Source of the DNA: Candidatus Dojkabacteria bacterium
Lineage (GTDB): Bacteria > Patescibacteriota > Dojkabacteria > B142 > OLB20
Direction of reading: 5' to 3'
Length of the DNA: 64,000 bases
Assembly (NCBI GenBank): GCA_030583785.1
Contig: CP129475.1
Location: forward strand, 768,845 to 832,844
Under the pieces are notes generated by a model. That model did not search any database, was not told the DNA's origin, and was given only the letters and a program-made list of their open reading frames with translations. Within the stretch, counting starts at the first letter, position 1. Each line of letters begins with the position of its first letter. Shown in pieces: positions 39,174-48,540 of the stretch. A program made the translations under genes and the position numbers.

Positions 39174-41347
39174 GAATCCAAATTATTGGTCCCTTTGTTT
39201 CCGAATATTCTTTGGCCAGGGTAAATAGGGCAATAGCAGAAAAACTAAGACACGATCATAAAAATATAAAGCTTTCATTCTTCTCTCCAAAATATCTGTC
39301 AGGCAGTGCCGTAACCAAGTCCGATATAAAGAAGTATCCAATCCTGGAGACCCTTGTCGATGATATAGATCAAGAAGCAGATGTTCATCTTTATAGCGCT
39401 TTCCCAAAAAGCACTGCAGACAATTTAGGATTAGAGATGTTGTGTGGAAAAATTAATGCTGCCTTAATTGCATGGGAAGAAAGCGTTTTTCCAGAAAAAT
39501 GGGTGCAAGAAATCAATATGCATCTTGATGCGGTTTTTGCAATTAGTAGCCATGTGGCAAGGATTCTTGAAAGATGCGGGGTAAGAGTGCCAATCAGCAT
39601 ATTAAGCTTAGGCGTTAGCAAAGTTGAAGCCGATAATAATTATAAACTTGACTTACAGACAAGCTTCAATTTCTTGCATATTAGCTCAGGCCATATGCGT
39701 AAGGGCTTAGACTTATTGTTGCAGGCTTTCGTAGAAGAGTTCTCGCAATCTGATGAAGCTGGGCTAATTATCAAAGCACTTCCGAATCCGAATTTTAATG
39801 CCAAAAATTTCATTAAGAGTGCCAAAGGTGTCGAAGGTAGAGTTGTTCTAATTGAGGACAGTAATTTGTCAGATGCTCAAATTGCCAGTCTATATGAATA
39901 TTCTGATTGTGTGGTGCTTCCTGCTCGTGTTGAGGGGTTTAATCTGCCTGCAGCAGAGGCGATGCTCTATGAACGACCTTTAATTACAACTGCCTATAGT
40001 GGTCATTTAGATTTTTGCAATGAAACCAATTCAAGATTACTACCATACACAATTGTGCCTGCAACAGGGTCCCACTTGGCACTACCGGGTTCAAAATGGG
40101 CTGAACCAGATATCTCGGCATTAAAAACCGAGATGAGAAATATTTATAAGAATCGAGAAGTTTTTAATCGTATGGTAGCTAAGGCTAGATCGGATATTAG
40201 CAATTTCACTTGGGATAATACTGCAAGTCGCTTGCTAGAACAACTTCGGCTTTACTTGGCTATCAAAAATGCCGGTTCAATAAAGCTAGACCTAGTAAGT
40301 CCTTTTTATTCTCAAGGTGGGGTTTCGGAGTATTCTGCTGATTTATATCGTTCTTTGCCGAAGAATATTGAAGTCGAGATTCACGCTGATAAAACCAGTT
40401 CACCTACAAATACTTCTGAACCAGTAAAGCGAGATTGGTCTTCAGGGCGTGGCAAACAGCAAGAACTCATGTCGGCCTTGACTGGAAGGGACATAGTTCA
40501 TATTCAATACCATACAGATTTCTTTCCGGTGTCAATTCTAAGAGATTTGATCGCAGTTCCAAGCAAGTGCATATTGACTCTGCATATCTTAACCGCTGAA
40601 ATGACTAACACCGAAACAATTGAAGCCTTTAAAAAGTGCTCAAAGATTTATGTTCATAACCAAAGGGATTTTAATACTCTAGAATCAAAAGGGCTAAAGA
40701 ATATTCAGTTGTTCACGCATGGAATAATAGATTTTCCAGATCACTTAAGGTCAATGCTTAGATCCAGAATCGGGATCTCTGCAACAAAAGTCATTGCCAC
40801 ACATGGGCTTCTTCACGATAGAAAAGGGGTACTTGAGCTGATAGAGGCATTGGCGCTAATAAAATCGCAGATTCCGGATATTTTACTGTTATGTTTGACA
40901 GCGGTCAGCAGTCAATCTCTAAGCTCGCAGAGTATTTTCAAGAAATGTTTGAATCTTATCAGAGAAAGGAATCTTGAAGAAAATGTCATTTTTATTCCAG
41001 ACTATCTTGCTAGAGAAGAAGTATTATTTGGATTACAGATGGCAGATTTAATTGTTCTTCCGTATGCAGAACTACCAGAAGGGTCGAGTGGCGCGATTCG
41101 TACATGCGCTGCTGCCAAGAGACCAATCCTCTGCACAGAGTCAACAATATTTACGGACTTTCCTGCTGCAGAGAGAATTTCTGATAATAATCCAAAAACA
41201 ATTGCGGATGAAGTTATTGCGATGTTAAACGATGAGGGGCCCTTGCACTCGGCTGAAAGCAAGGTAAGACAATTCGTTGCTTCAAACCAATGGAGGAATC
41301 TTTCGTTGGAGTATTTTCGAGACTTAGCTCAAATAAGTGCATCCTGA
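39170..41347 (+). CDS. Tandem double-GT4 glycosyltransferase (two GT-B modules in one polypeptide)
   Basis: Two E-x7-E motifs, EGFNLPAAEAMLYERPLITT and EGSSGAIRTCAAAKRPILCT. This architecture resembles serotype-specifying mannosyltransferase-type polymerases. Confidence 0.75.
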   Translation: MRIQIIGPFVSEYSLARVNRAIAEKLRHDHKNIKLSFFSPKYLSGSAVTKSDIKKYPILETLVDDIDQEADVHLYSAFPKSTADNLGLEMLCGKINAALIAWEESVFPEKWVQEINMHLDAVFAISSHVARILERCGVRVPISILSLGVSKVEADNNYKLDLQTSFNFLHISSGHMRKGLDLLLQAFVEEFSQSDEAGLIIKALPNPNFNAKNFIKSAKGVEGRVVLIEDSNLSDAQIASLYEYSDCVVLPARVEGFNLPAAEAMLYERPLITTAYSGHLDFCNETNSRLLPYTIVPATGSHLALPGSKWAEPDISALKTEMRNIYKNREVFNRMVAKARSDISNFTWDNTASRLLEQLRLYLAIKNAGSIKLDLVSPFYSQGGVSEYSADLYRSLPKNIEVEIHADKTSSPTNTSEPVKRDWSSGRGKQQELMSALTGRDIVHIQYHTDFFPVSILRDLIAVPSKCILTLHILTAEMTNTETIEAFKKCSKIYVHNQRDFNTLESKGLKNIQLFTHGIIDFPDHLRSMLRSRIGISATKVIATHGLLHDRKGVLELIEALALIKSQIPDILLLCLTAVSSQSLSSQSIFKKCLNLIRERNLEENVIFIPDYLAREEVLFGLQMADLIVLPYAELPEGSSGAIRTCAAAKRPILCTESTIFTDFPAAERISDNNPKTIADEVIAMLNDEGPLHSAESKVRQFVASNQWRNLSLEYFRDLAQISAS

Positions 41348-41796
41348 ATTGCTTCTGCATCTTGTTTTTCTGGAGTCTTAAACACCCAAAGTTTGTAAAC
41401 CAAAAAGGTCCAAGATACCTGAAGCCCAGTGACGACGATTTTTGCCGGAACAGGATTAAGAAACACCACATATAGAAGAAATCCAAGGATTGCATTATTC
41501 GTTACATAGTTGAATGAAGCAATACTTACATATCTAAAGAGCTTCTGCTTCTTCTTTTTCCCACCTGCCTTGAATGTCCAGTAATTTGAGGCAAGGAAGT
41601 TAAACACAAGTGATAGAAGCAAAGAGATTACATTTGCAGAAAGCGGGGCGACAGAGAATACAAAAATTAGTGTATTAAAGATTAGAAAATCCAGTCCAAA
41701 CGAAGAAAAACCGACTATCAAATAGCGAACAAAGTTGATTCCCAAGGTTTTTCTTGCTCTGTTAACGAGTCTGGTTATCATAGTTTGCCGAATCAA
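41329..41796 (-). CDS. gtrA: GtrA-family small membrane protein
   Basis: INFVRYLIVGFSSFGLDFLIFNTLIFV and 4 TM helices, adjacent to a GtrB-like GT2. Confidence 0.65.
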   Translation of the reverse strand: MIRQTMITRLVNRARKTLGINFVRYLIVGFSSFGLDFLIFNTLIFVFSVAPLSANVISLLLSLVFNFLASNYWTFKAGGKKKKQKLFRYVSIASFNYVTNNAILGFLLYVVFLNPVPAKIVVTGLQVSWTFLVYKLWVFKTPEKQDAEAIQDALI

Positions 41797-42859
41797 TTAT
41801 TTTGGAAAGCTTGTCTGCGCTTTTTTCCCAGCTGTAGTTGTCAGATAGATAATCCGGGCTGGATTTTGATTTTTTTTCCTTAACCAAAGAAACCAAACCC
41901 GTGCCAATGCTTTCTACACTTTGCTGATTGCAATAACGAACTTTGTCGCCTAAGGTTTCATGAAAGATTGGAATATCTGAAACGAGTAGGGGAAGACCAT
42001 GATAAAGCGCTTCAATCGGAGGAATCCCGAAACCTTCGTAATGGCTAATGTATACAAACGCTTTGGCCTGACTGTAGAGCATTGAAAGATCTTCGTCAGC
42101 AATGTATCCGGCAAGTATAACTTTCTTTTCTAGATTGTTTTCGATTATTGTTTTGTATATCTCCTCAAAATACCAACCTTTTTTGCCAACAATGACTAAT
42201 GGAATATTTAATTGATCCTTGTATTTCGCATATGCTGTAATAAGATTAATGTAGTTTTTTCTGGGTTCTAATGTGCCAACGCTGAGAATGAATTCGGCCG
42301 GCAGGCTTTGAATTAACTCAGATGCAAGGACATCTTTGGAAGACTTGGTTATCCAGGGATTTAGACCTGGGTAGAGGACCTCAATATCATTTCGTTTTTG
42401 TTTTGAATATTCTTCAAGCTCCTTTTTAATTGTATTTGAGACTGTAACGATCTTCCAGGCTTTTTTCATAGCCTTTGACAGAGATCTTTTATACTTAAAT
42501 GCTGCTAAAGCAGGGAAGTAGTTCGGGAATTTCAGGGGCGCGATATCATGCACAAACTGTATTGTTTTTGGGAAATACCAACTAAATGAATGATTTGATG
42601 GAGAAATAAAAATATCTACCGAGTGTTTTTTTGCATGTTTTGCCACGGCTTTAATCCAGCGTTTTCCTGAAAAGGGAAGACTTCTGTTTACTTTTATGAC
42701 AACATTTTTTGTATGTGGGAGAAGCCGAGGAGTTCGTGTATAAACAATGTACTCATTTTTCTTGTCGTGTTCTACGAGTTCGGAGACTAAATTTATAGTG
42801 TATTGACCTATACCTGCAGGAGAGTCTTCGACAGGTGATAAATCTATAGCAATTTTCAT
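41762..42859 (-). CDS. Family 4 glycosyltransferase
   Basis: EGFGIPPIEALYHGLPLLVSD, a GT4 E-x7-E motif. Confidence 0.8.
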   Translation of the reverse strand: MKIAIDLSPVEDSPAGIGQYTINLVSELVEHDKKNEYIVYTRTPRLLPHTKNVVIKVNRSLPFSGKRWIKAVAKHAKKHSVDIFISPSNHSFSWYFPKTIQFVHDIAPLKFPNYFPALAAFKYKRSLSKAMKKAWKIVTVSNTIKKELEEYSKQKRNDIEVLYPGLNPWITKSSKDVLASELIQSLPAEFILSVGTLEPRKNYINLITAYAKYKDQLNIPLVIVGKKGWYFEEIYKTIIENNLEKKVILAGYIADEDLSMLYSQAKAFVYISHYEGFGIPPIEALYHGLPLLVSDIPIFHETLGDKVRYCNQQSVESIGTGLVSLVKEKKSKSSPDYLSDNYSWEKSADKLSKIIDSANYDNQTR

Positions 42860-43548
42860 TTATTAAATCTTAATCTAAGTATCTGACTCATTATATCGAT
42901 TCCATCTTTCAAATTGATTTTCTTTCCGTCTTTTTTGCCTCTGGGGAAATATTCAATATCTAGTTCTTTAATTTTCCATTTCTTTTTTAGGGCTTTTACT
43001 ACCCATTCAATTTCTAGGCCAAATCTTTCAGATTCAATATGCAGAGACTTGAAGCTGTTTAACTTGCAGAGTTTGTATGCGCATAAAGGGTCTTTAATGC
43101 TCCTGCCAAAGCAAATAAACAGCATTATTCTTGTGATAAATCTGGCTAGTTTCGTAACGAAATTCACCTTATCTCTTAGTAGTCTGCTACCTGCAACCAT
43201 ATCCACCTTATCTGTATTTATGATATGAAGCATTCGCAGAATGTCCTGCGGGTCGAGTTCGGAGTCGGCATCTTCAACGATCATGTATTTACCTTTGGCA
43301 TGGGCTGCACCATTAAGAACAGCAGCGCCTTTACCTTTATTTTTGGCATGAAGTATTAGTTTTAGCCTAAGTTCGGGCTGCAGTTTTTTTAATAATTCCC
43401 TACTTCCGTCTGTGGAATAATCATCGATAACGATGATTTCTTTGTCGACATCAAGTTCGTGTATCGTTCTTACAACATGCTCGACCGTCTTTATCTCGTT
43501 CCAGACAGGGATAATGATACTGATTTCAGGTTGTCGAATTTTAAGCAT
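42856..43548 (-). CDS. gtrB: Polyprenyl-phosphate sugar synthase, GT2 (GtrB/DPM1/ArnC-like). The track ORF extends to 43629; an internal start at 43548 avoids overlap with galE.
   Basis: ISIIIPVWNE…IVIDDYSTDGS, the DXD motif VEDADS, and a C-terminal hydrophobic region. Confidence 0.7.
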   Translation of the reverse strand: MLKIRQPEISIIIPVWNEIKTVEHVVRTIHELDVDKEIIVIDDYSTDGSRELLKKLQPELRLKLILHAKNKGKGAAVLNGAAHAKGKYMIVEDADSELDPQDILRMLHIINTDKVDMVAGSRLLRDKVNFVTKLARFITRIMLFICFGRSIKDPLCAYKLCKLNSFKSLHIESERFGLEIEWVVKALKKKWKIKELDIEYFPRGKKDGKKINLKDGIDIMSQILRLRFNK

Positions 43549-44542
43549 AATCGGTTTTTGGTCTTTTTTGTTCCCATTCCCAAGCACTGCTAATGATGTC
43601 TTCGAGATCGTATTTTGCTTTCCAGCCAATCATTTTTTCAATTTTGCTTGGATCTGCAATTAAACTTGCTGAATCCCCTATTCTTCTTGGGGCAACTTCA
43701 TAATTGATTTTTTTGCCTGTAATGGCTTCTGCTGATTGGATTACTTCAAGAATACTTGTTCCTTTGCCTGTACCAATATTGAATACTTCGAAACCCTTGT
43801 TGGCCATGACATAATCTATGCAGGTGGCGTGTGCTTCTGCTAGATCAACGATATGAATATAATCCCTAACGGCTGTTCCGTCAGGAGTATCATAATCGTT
43901 TCCGAAAACCTTCATGACAAAATCGTCTGTAGTTAAGCCATGAAGTAGTCTTGGTATGAGGTGGGTTTCTGGGTTGTGTCGTTCTCCGATAAGGCCGTTA
44001 TAGGAGCCTGCAGGATTGAAGTATCTAAGTGCAACAACATTTACATCGGCAAAATTCGCATAACTTCTAAGAATCTCTTCTGTGACATATTTAGTCATGG
44101 CATAAGGGTTCTCTAAGCTGATTTTGTCAGTTTCTTTAATGGGGACAGATTCAGGTGTGCCGTAAACTGCAGCAGATGACGAGAAGATGAAGTTTTTGTT
44201 CCCGTTAGCGATCAAGGCATCAAATAGAAATTGGCTACCAACAACATTATTATTAACAAAGGCCACTGGTTTTTCAGTTGAAATGCCAACTTCGATAGAT
44301 GCTGCAAAGTGTATAACTGCATCAAAGGTTCGGTTTTCAAGAGCATGTTGCAGTTCTTGCTGGTTTTGAAGTTCGAGCTTTAAAAGTTCAAAATCCCCTG
44401 CTTCAGATCTTAGGGTCTCGAGTATGTCTTCTTTGTGTTTTTGCAGATGATCGAGAATTGTGACTTTATGACCTGCCTTGATTAGTGTCAGTGCAGTATG
44501 TGAGCCTATATAACCCGCTCCTCCTGTGATAAGAATGTTCAT
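43541..44542 (-). CDS. galE: UDP-glucose 4-epimerase
   Basis: MNILITGGAGYIGSH Rossmann motif, YAMTKYVTE (YxxxK), and the SDR extended family. Confidence 0.85.
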   Translation of the reverse strand: MNILITGGAGYIGSHTALTLIKAGHKVTILDHLQKHKEDILETLRSEAGDFELLKLELQNQQELQHALENRTFDAVIHFAASIEVGISTEKPVAFVNNNVVGSQFLFDALIANGNKNFIFSSSAAVYGTPESVPIKETDKISLENPYAMTKYVTEEILRSYANFADVNVVALRYFNPAGSYNGLIGERHNPETHLIPRLLHGLTTDDFVMKVFGNDYDTPDGTAVRDYIHIVDLAEAHATCIDYVMANKGFEVFNIGTGKGTSILEVIQSAEAITGKKINYEVAPRRIGDSASLIADPSKIEKMIGWKAKYDLEDIISSAWEWEQKRPKTDYA

Positions 44543-44553
44543 AGATGTTTGAA

Positions 44554-46335
44554 TTACATGTAAAGTATATCATCCCAGGCATGTCGGTACAGCCCTTGTT
44601 TTAGTCGTTTTTGATCTAGTGCATGTCCGATTATTCCGATTGATCTGCTTAGCGCAAACAAACCGTTAAGCATTCCTGCATCTACAATTTCTTCTATCTC
44701 GGTTTGTGTGAATCGACTTGATTTTAGAATATCAAGAAAGATTGCAGCAGTTGCACCATCGACATTCAGAATCAAGTTATTCTTCTTTTTTAGTGTTTCC
44801 TGTTCAACAGCCAGTGCGTAGTTTAAATACCTTGTGGCTTTTAGATTCTGTTTAGCAAATTTTCTAAGTAATAATACCCGCTTGTCAGGATTAAGAGAGG
44901 TTCGAATCTTGTGACCAATCCCAAGTATAAGCTCACCTTTATTTTTCATTTCGTCGATAAATTCACGAGGCGAGATTTTTCTTTGGTCGCAGGAAAGCAT
45001 CCATTTAGCAGCTCCATCAAGAGCTCCTCCATGTCTTGGCCCGATAGTAGTAAGACCAGCTATTAAGCTGTCGATGACATCTTTCCCTGCTCGTGCAGTA
45101 ACAATCGCGTTATGTGCAGTTGCAACCGCAGGTCCGTGATCGGCCATAAGTTTAACTGCGAGTTCAAGAAAATCTTCCCCGACTTTGTTTAATTTTCCCT
45201 TAAACCACAGTTGATTGAGTAAGAAACCAATTGATCTTGATACAAAAGAGCTTATCTCTTTTTTATTGTATAAAGGTTCAGCGCCTCGGTCGTCTGATAT
45301 TGAGCTGACGATGCTTGTAGGTCTTCGAAAACTTGTTGATAATTGTGGACTGATTTGACTCGGCTCTTTGTATTCTTTGTCGCTAAGCACAAATTTTGTG
45401 AAGACATCGTTAATTGTCTTCCCAAGTTCGTTAAAAGATTTTGGAATATATGCGCCTGCATTTTTCAAGGCAGTATTTTTTGCTTGTGCCGATTCTTGAT
45501 CATTCCCCGATCTTGCGTTGGCGTGACCAAATTGGACTTCGGAGTTGAATTGGCTAGCAACAGTTCCGCTTACCCATGCCACAATTGGTTTTGTAATCTT
45601 ACCAGAAGTTATTGCCTCGGCCACTTCAATTTCTGCTTTGCCTCCGATTTCGCCAAGCATGACAAGCATCTTTGTTTGTGGATAACTATGTAGTCGCAGA
45701 AGATTTTCTAATAAGGTCGTCCCAGGATAAGTATCACCACCAACTGCTATGCCTTCGCTCACCCCATCGCTGTTTTGGCTGATAATATGATACATCTCAA
45801 GTGACATTCCTCCAGACACTGTAACTACACCAACGCTTCCGGGGCGATATAGTTTTGCACTTACAATGCTTTCTATAGAACCTGCTGTGTTTCCTATTCT
45901 GAATGATCCTGGTTTGATTCCCCCAACTGTTGCCGGTCCGATAAACCAAACATTATTCAGTTTCGCAAGCCTGATTAATTCTCTGGTTTGGTTTTCTGGC
46001 ATTCCTTCTGCAGTAACTGCTACAGTGCGAATGCTATCTTGCAGAATTGCTTCTTTTGTCGAGACAAACGCAGAACGCATCGAAGCGAAGCTTACAAACA
46101 CATCTGCCCGTGCATGGTTCTTACATGCTTCGGCAATCGAATCATAAACCGGTATTAGTATTTCGGAACTTCCGAAAAATGCTTTGTGCAATCCAGATGA
46201 TCCTTTGTGCACAATTGCTACAATGCTAGGGTTCTCTCTTCTGCAAAGCCAGTCATAATCGAGCATATGTTGGATAGGTTCAGGGTGAAGATTGTAAAAA
46301 ATTGCCTGTGTTTGTTTACTGAATAGTTCTTTCAT
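44554..46335 (-). CDS. aclA: ATP-citrate lyase large subunit (CoA-binding, phosphohistidine and citrate-synthase-like/citryl-CoA lyase domains)
   Basis: Succinyl-CoA synthetase alpha-like region with active-site His (QFGHANA), plus a C-terminal citrate-synthase-like GIIGHALDQ. Its start overlaps the aclB stop (TAATG). Confidence 0.85.
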   Translation of the reverse strand: MKELFSKQTQAIFYNLHPEPIQHMLDYDWLCRRENPSIVAIVHKGSSGLHKAFFGSSEILIPVYDSIAEACKNHARADVFVSFASMRSAFVSTKEAILQDSIRTVAVTAEGMPENQTRELIRLAKLNNVWFIGPATVGGIKPGSFRIGNTAGSIESIVSAKLYRPGSVGVVTVSGGMSLEMYHIISQNSDGVSEGIAVGGDTYPGTTLLENLLRLHSYPQTKMLVMLGEIGGKAEIEVAEAITSGKITKPIVAWVSGTVASQFNSEVQFGHANARSGNDQESAQAKNTALKNAGAYIPKSFNELGKTINDVFTKFVLSDKEYKEPSQISPQLSTSFRRPTSIVSSISDDRGAEPLYNKKEISSFVSRSIGFLLNQLWFKGKLNKVGEDFLELAVKLMADHGPAVATAHNAIVTARAGKDVIDSLIAGLTTIGPRHGGALDGAAKWMLSCDQRKISPREFIDEMKNKGELILGIGHKIRTSLNPDKRVLLLRKFAKQNLKATRYLNYALAVEQETLKKKNNLILNVDGATAAIFLDILKSSRFTQTEIEEIVDAGMLNGLFALSRSIGIIGHALDQKRLKQGLYRHAWDDILYM

Positions 46336-47612
46336 TATAGTTTGTTAACTGCTAATTCAATTATGTGTGTCATATAAGTTTCTGGTCCAAACACATGAGC
46401 TTCTATGTCTAGATTTTGCATTTCGGTCTTCATCAATTGAAGTCCTTCTTCGTAATTAGGTCCACCTCGTCGAACAAAAATTACGATCCCTTGTCTCTTG
46501 ATCTGTTGAGAGTTCTGTTTTATTGCAGATATAAGTCCAATAAATGTTTTCTTGATATCTGTGAAATTGGCTATCCCCCCTCCAATAATTAAAACTTTCT
46601 TCTTGGCTTTGCTATTGAGCATCAGTTTAATCACAATGTCGGCATATTCCTCTGTTTCATCTGTGCTTGGGTTTCCGCTATATTCCCCATAATTTGCTAA
46701 CTGATTTGCAAAACCCAGGTCTCCAACTGTATCTGCAAAGATAACGCTTCCTCCTCCCCCCGATGTCAGCATCCAGATACTACCGTTTCTATTTAGAACT
46801 TTAAGTTTTAACGAGGCTCCCGATTTTGAGTCAATCTGTTCTACAACAAGCTCCTCTGGAAGTGCTTCTCCTCCGAAGGGTTTAGGGAAAGTTATCCCCG
46901 CTCGACCCCAAATCAGCGAGTTTTTGTAGTACGCTGTATCATCAAGTCTGGCGACGCAATCAAGCATTTGTATGCCTTGGTCGGTTAGTACAAACGGATT
47001 AATTTCTAGGTATGTAAAATCTAGTTCGCAATATAATTGATAGAGTGCATCAATGAATGTGAGGACTATATCTTTCTCGTTCTCTGAAAGTTGAGCCGAT
47101 ATTTTGTCTAAGACAAGTTTTGGTAAAGGAGTAGGCTCGATTGTAAATGGAATCTTCAACTCAATTGTGTCATTCCAATTCTCTTCAATATCTACTCCGC
47201 CCTTATTTGAGAAATAAATCACATTGTGATCTCTTTGGCTACTAATAGACAGGTAGAATTCCTTCTCGTGAGGGATTTTGGGCTCAACCAGAAAAGTGAA
47301 AAGCTTTCCTTGTATTGTCCTGACACTTGAAACTTGTAGTTTTATTGTTTGAGAAGACTTCTGTTTAATCCACTGAATTATTTCAGTTTTGTTATTACTC
47401 ATAAAGATTAAGTTGTTCTTGCCCCTTTTGCCGAATAACTCGTCGGGCTTTGCTACATAGCCGTTATCGAAATCCGGAAGACTGATGCTATCGACATTGT
47501 CCGGTGTAATCTGAACTCCTTGGTACTCTTGGAAAAAATGATCTGTATATTTGCTAATATTCTGGTGAATAAGTTTCTTGGCAGAGAATTCTTGTATTGC
47601 TTTTTGTGCCAT
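46335..47612 (-). CDS. aclB: ATP-citrate lyase small subunit (ATP-grasp, succinyl-CoA synthetase beta-like)
   Basis: Near-colinear match to the eukaryotic ACLY N-terminus: VAKPDELFGKRGK; YLEINPFVL; KSGASLKLKVLNRNGSIWMLTSGGGGSV…ANYGEYSGNPS; FVRRGGPNYEEGL. Confidence 0.85.
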   Translation of the reverse strand: MAQKAIQEFSAKKLIHQNISKYTDHFFQEYQGVQITPDNVDSISLPDFDNGYVAKPDELFGKRGKNNLIFMSNNKTEIIQWIKQKSSQTIKLQVSSVRTIQGKLFTFLVEPKIPHEKEFYLSISSQRDHNVIYFSNKGGVDIEENWNDTIELKIPFTIEPTPLPKLVLDKISAQLSENEKDIVLTFIDALYQLYCELDFTYLEINPFVLTDQGIQMLDCVARLDDTAYYKNSLIWGRAGITFPKPFGGEALPEELVVEQIDSKSGASLKLKVLNRNGSIWMLTSGGGGSVIFADTVGDLGFANQLANYGEYSGNPSTDETEEYADIVIKLMLNSKAKKKVLIIGGGIANFTDIKKTFIGLISAIKQNSQQIKRQGIVIFVRRGGPNYEEGLQLMKTEMQNLDIEAHVFGPETYMTHIIELAVNKL

Positions 47613-47614
47613 TA

Positions 47615-48535
47615 TTATTTCAGGACTGATATTAATTCCGACTTCGCTTTCTTGAAGCGAGCGTCAGGCAATAAACCATATTCTATACTGTCTGGATCAG
47701 TTTCGTGATGCGTTAGTTTGAAAAAATCTTCAATATTTTCTGCGAATGTCTGATTGTATTGAGCAGCAATGCAGGCTCCTTCTCGAAGGTAGAGATAATT
47801 TAGTCCCTTCCAGTCGTTTATATTTTTAATTATTTCAATAGCGTCTGTATTTGATTTCAGACGATAAAAAGGAGATTCTTCGATGAAGCTGAATAGTTCT
47901 CGTTTATCTATGCTATTTAGGAATTGTTCGATCAAGCTTGCAATTACTCTTCTTTTAGAAGGATATCTGCGAGCTAGGTTAATGTACAGCATATAGACAA
48001 CGCCGAATCTGTTGTTGTGGCTTAGGATTCTAATATTATAAAACTCACCTTCAATTTCCGGAACTTCTTGAGTCAAGTGTCCACGATAATTAACCTTTGG
48101 TGGCATAAAATCAACATAGCAGAAATCCCCTTCGTGAATCCTAAATACGCAGTTGCGGATTGCCGTGTCTATTCCTACAGGAAGAATCTCATTATTTGTT
48201 GAAGAAAGTAGTGGTTTGTAGATGTCGTTAAGCATTCGTTCTAGGTACATTTCGAAGTTGCTTTCGTCAACGACATCGACAAAATCTAGTCCTTCAAATT
48301 TCTCGATGACTACAAGTTGAAAAAGATTATCCTCTTTCTGAATCTCGATATTCTCTAATCTTGAAATTGGGATATGAAGATCTTCAAAGGCAGATCTTTG
48401 CAGTACGATTCTTTGCATCAGGTCCTCTAGGTCTTGTCTGTTTAGTGTGGGTAGAGTGTATCTCTTTTCGATATACTTACTTCCAGACTTATCAAATATC
48501 CTTAGGTTTGAATAGTATTTTATTTCTTTCGACAT
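47615..48535 (-). CDS. Hypothetical protein with a possible divergent kinase-like fold
   Basis: …AIRNCVFRIHEGDFCYVDFMPPK… loosely resembles a kinase catalytic/DFG region, which is weak evidence. Sits between aclB and manC. Confidence 0.3.
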   Translation of the reverse strand: MSKEIKYYSNLRIFDKSGSKYIEKRYTLPTLNRQDLEDLMQRIVLQRSAFEDLHIPISRLENIEIQKEDNLFQLVVIEKFEGLDFVDVVDESNFEMYLERMLNDIYKPLLSSTNNEILPVGIDTAIRNCVFRIHEGDFCYVDFMPPKVNYRGHLTQEVPEIEGEFYNIRILSHNNRFGVVYMLYINLARRYPSKRRVIASLIEQFLNSIDKRELFSFIEESPFYRLKSNTDAIEIIKNINDWKGLNYLYLREGACIAAQYNQTFAENIEDFFKLTHHETDPDSIEYGLLPDARFKKAKSELISVLK

Positions 48536-48540
48536 TATCT

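Noticed and set aside
43541-43629. 88-nt overlap between galE (43541..44542) and the long form of the GtrB-like ORF (start 43629)
   Set aside because: An internal Met (MLKIRQPEISIIIP…, 43548) precedes the conserved GT2 N-terminus and removes the overlap. The extended N-terminus (MAGKQNTISKTSLAVLGNGNKK…) has no homology support.
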